Source of the DNA: Ignavibacteria bacterium
GTDB lineage: Bacteria; Bacteroidota; Ignavibacteria; Tepidaquicellales; OLB5
Assembly: GCA_049516635.1 (NCBI GenBank)
Contig: JBEKSX010000008.1
Location: forward strand, 1-57,791
Reading direction: 5' to 3'
Length of the DNA: 57,791 bases
How positions within the stretch are numbered: position 1 is the stretch's first letter; each line of letters starts with the position of its first letter. Positions 57,780 through 57,791 of the stretch are shown in pieces. The translations under genes were made by a program, and so were the position numbers. The notes beneath the pieces are model-generated. The model had not been told where the DNA came from. It searched no databases and saw only the letters and a list, made by a program, of their open reading frames with translations.

Positions 57780-57791
57780 TGAGTTTCTCCG

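Overview
This 57.8-kb window is AT-rich DNA from a bacterium with a type IX secretion system. Seven intact proteins and one decayed remnant end in the NYPNPFNP...F.IP...GxYFYKL...KMxLxK C-terminal sorting domain. From this I infer an Ignavibacteria/Bacteroidota-like (FCB-group) origin. Core genes are atpD-atpC, a tRNA-Lys(UUU), a family-5 ABC substrate-binding lipoprotein, and many BNR/Ycf48-like beta-propeller T9SS cargo proteins.

The dominant structure is a candidate ~33-kb integrated island (20983..53958) in the 3' half of tRNA-Lys.
- It is bounded by a 45-bp direct repeat (43/45 identical). The two mismatches are compensatory partners in the T-stem.
- A tyrosine integrase sits 104 bp from the tRNA.
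- Tandem TAGTCACTAAA arm-type repeats lie just inside both ends.

The island looks mosaic. Its cargo includes:
- an AT-rich three-gene operon ending in an unusual protein (duplicated Cys-bracketed helical module, bulb-type lectin, papain-like domain). This is my best candidate for an undescribed toxin/bacteriocin-like system.
- a lexA/dinB SOS cassette with a 22-bp palindrome (TACCCATATA-TT-TATATGGGTA) over all three promoters
- a small lexA-divergent gene whose 3' half recurs as two decayed direct copies elsewhere in the island
- NRAMP, AqpZ and ABC-2 transporters
- an outer-membrane barrel
- a decaying giant FG-GAP/Fn3/dockerin adhesin gene
- an OmpA-vWA protein

Outside the island, notable items are:
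- a membrane-anchored P-loop NTPase-TPR protein next to the distal att repeat
- a WYL regulator paired with a B3/B4-domain protein
- two Trp-rich paralogues with different low-complexity tails
- GC-rich hairpin elements in intergenic DNA

No CRISPR array, rRNA or recognisable transposase was seen. All functional calls rest on motifs read by eye; no database search was run.
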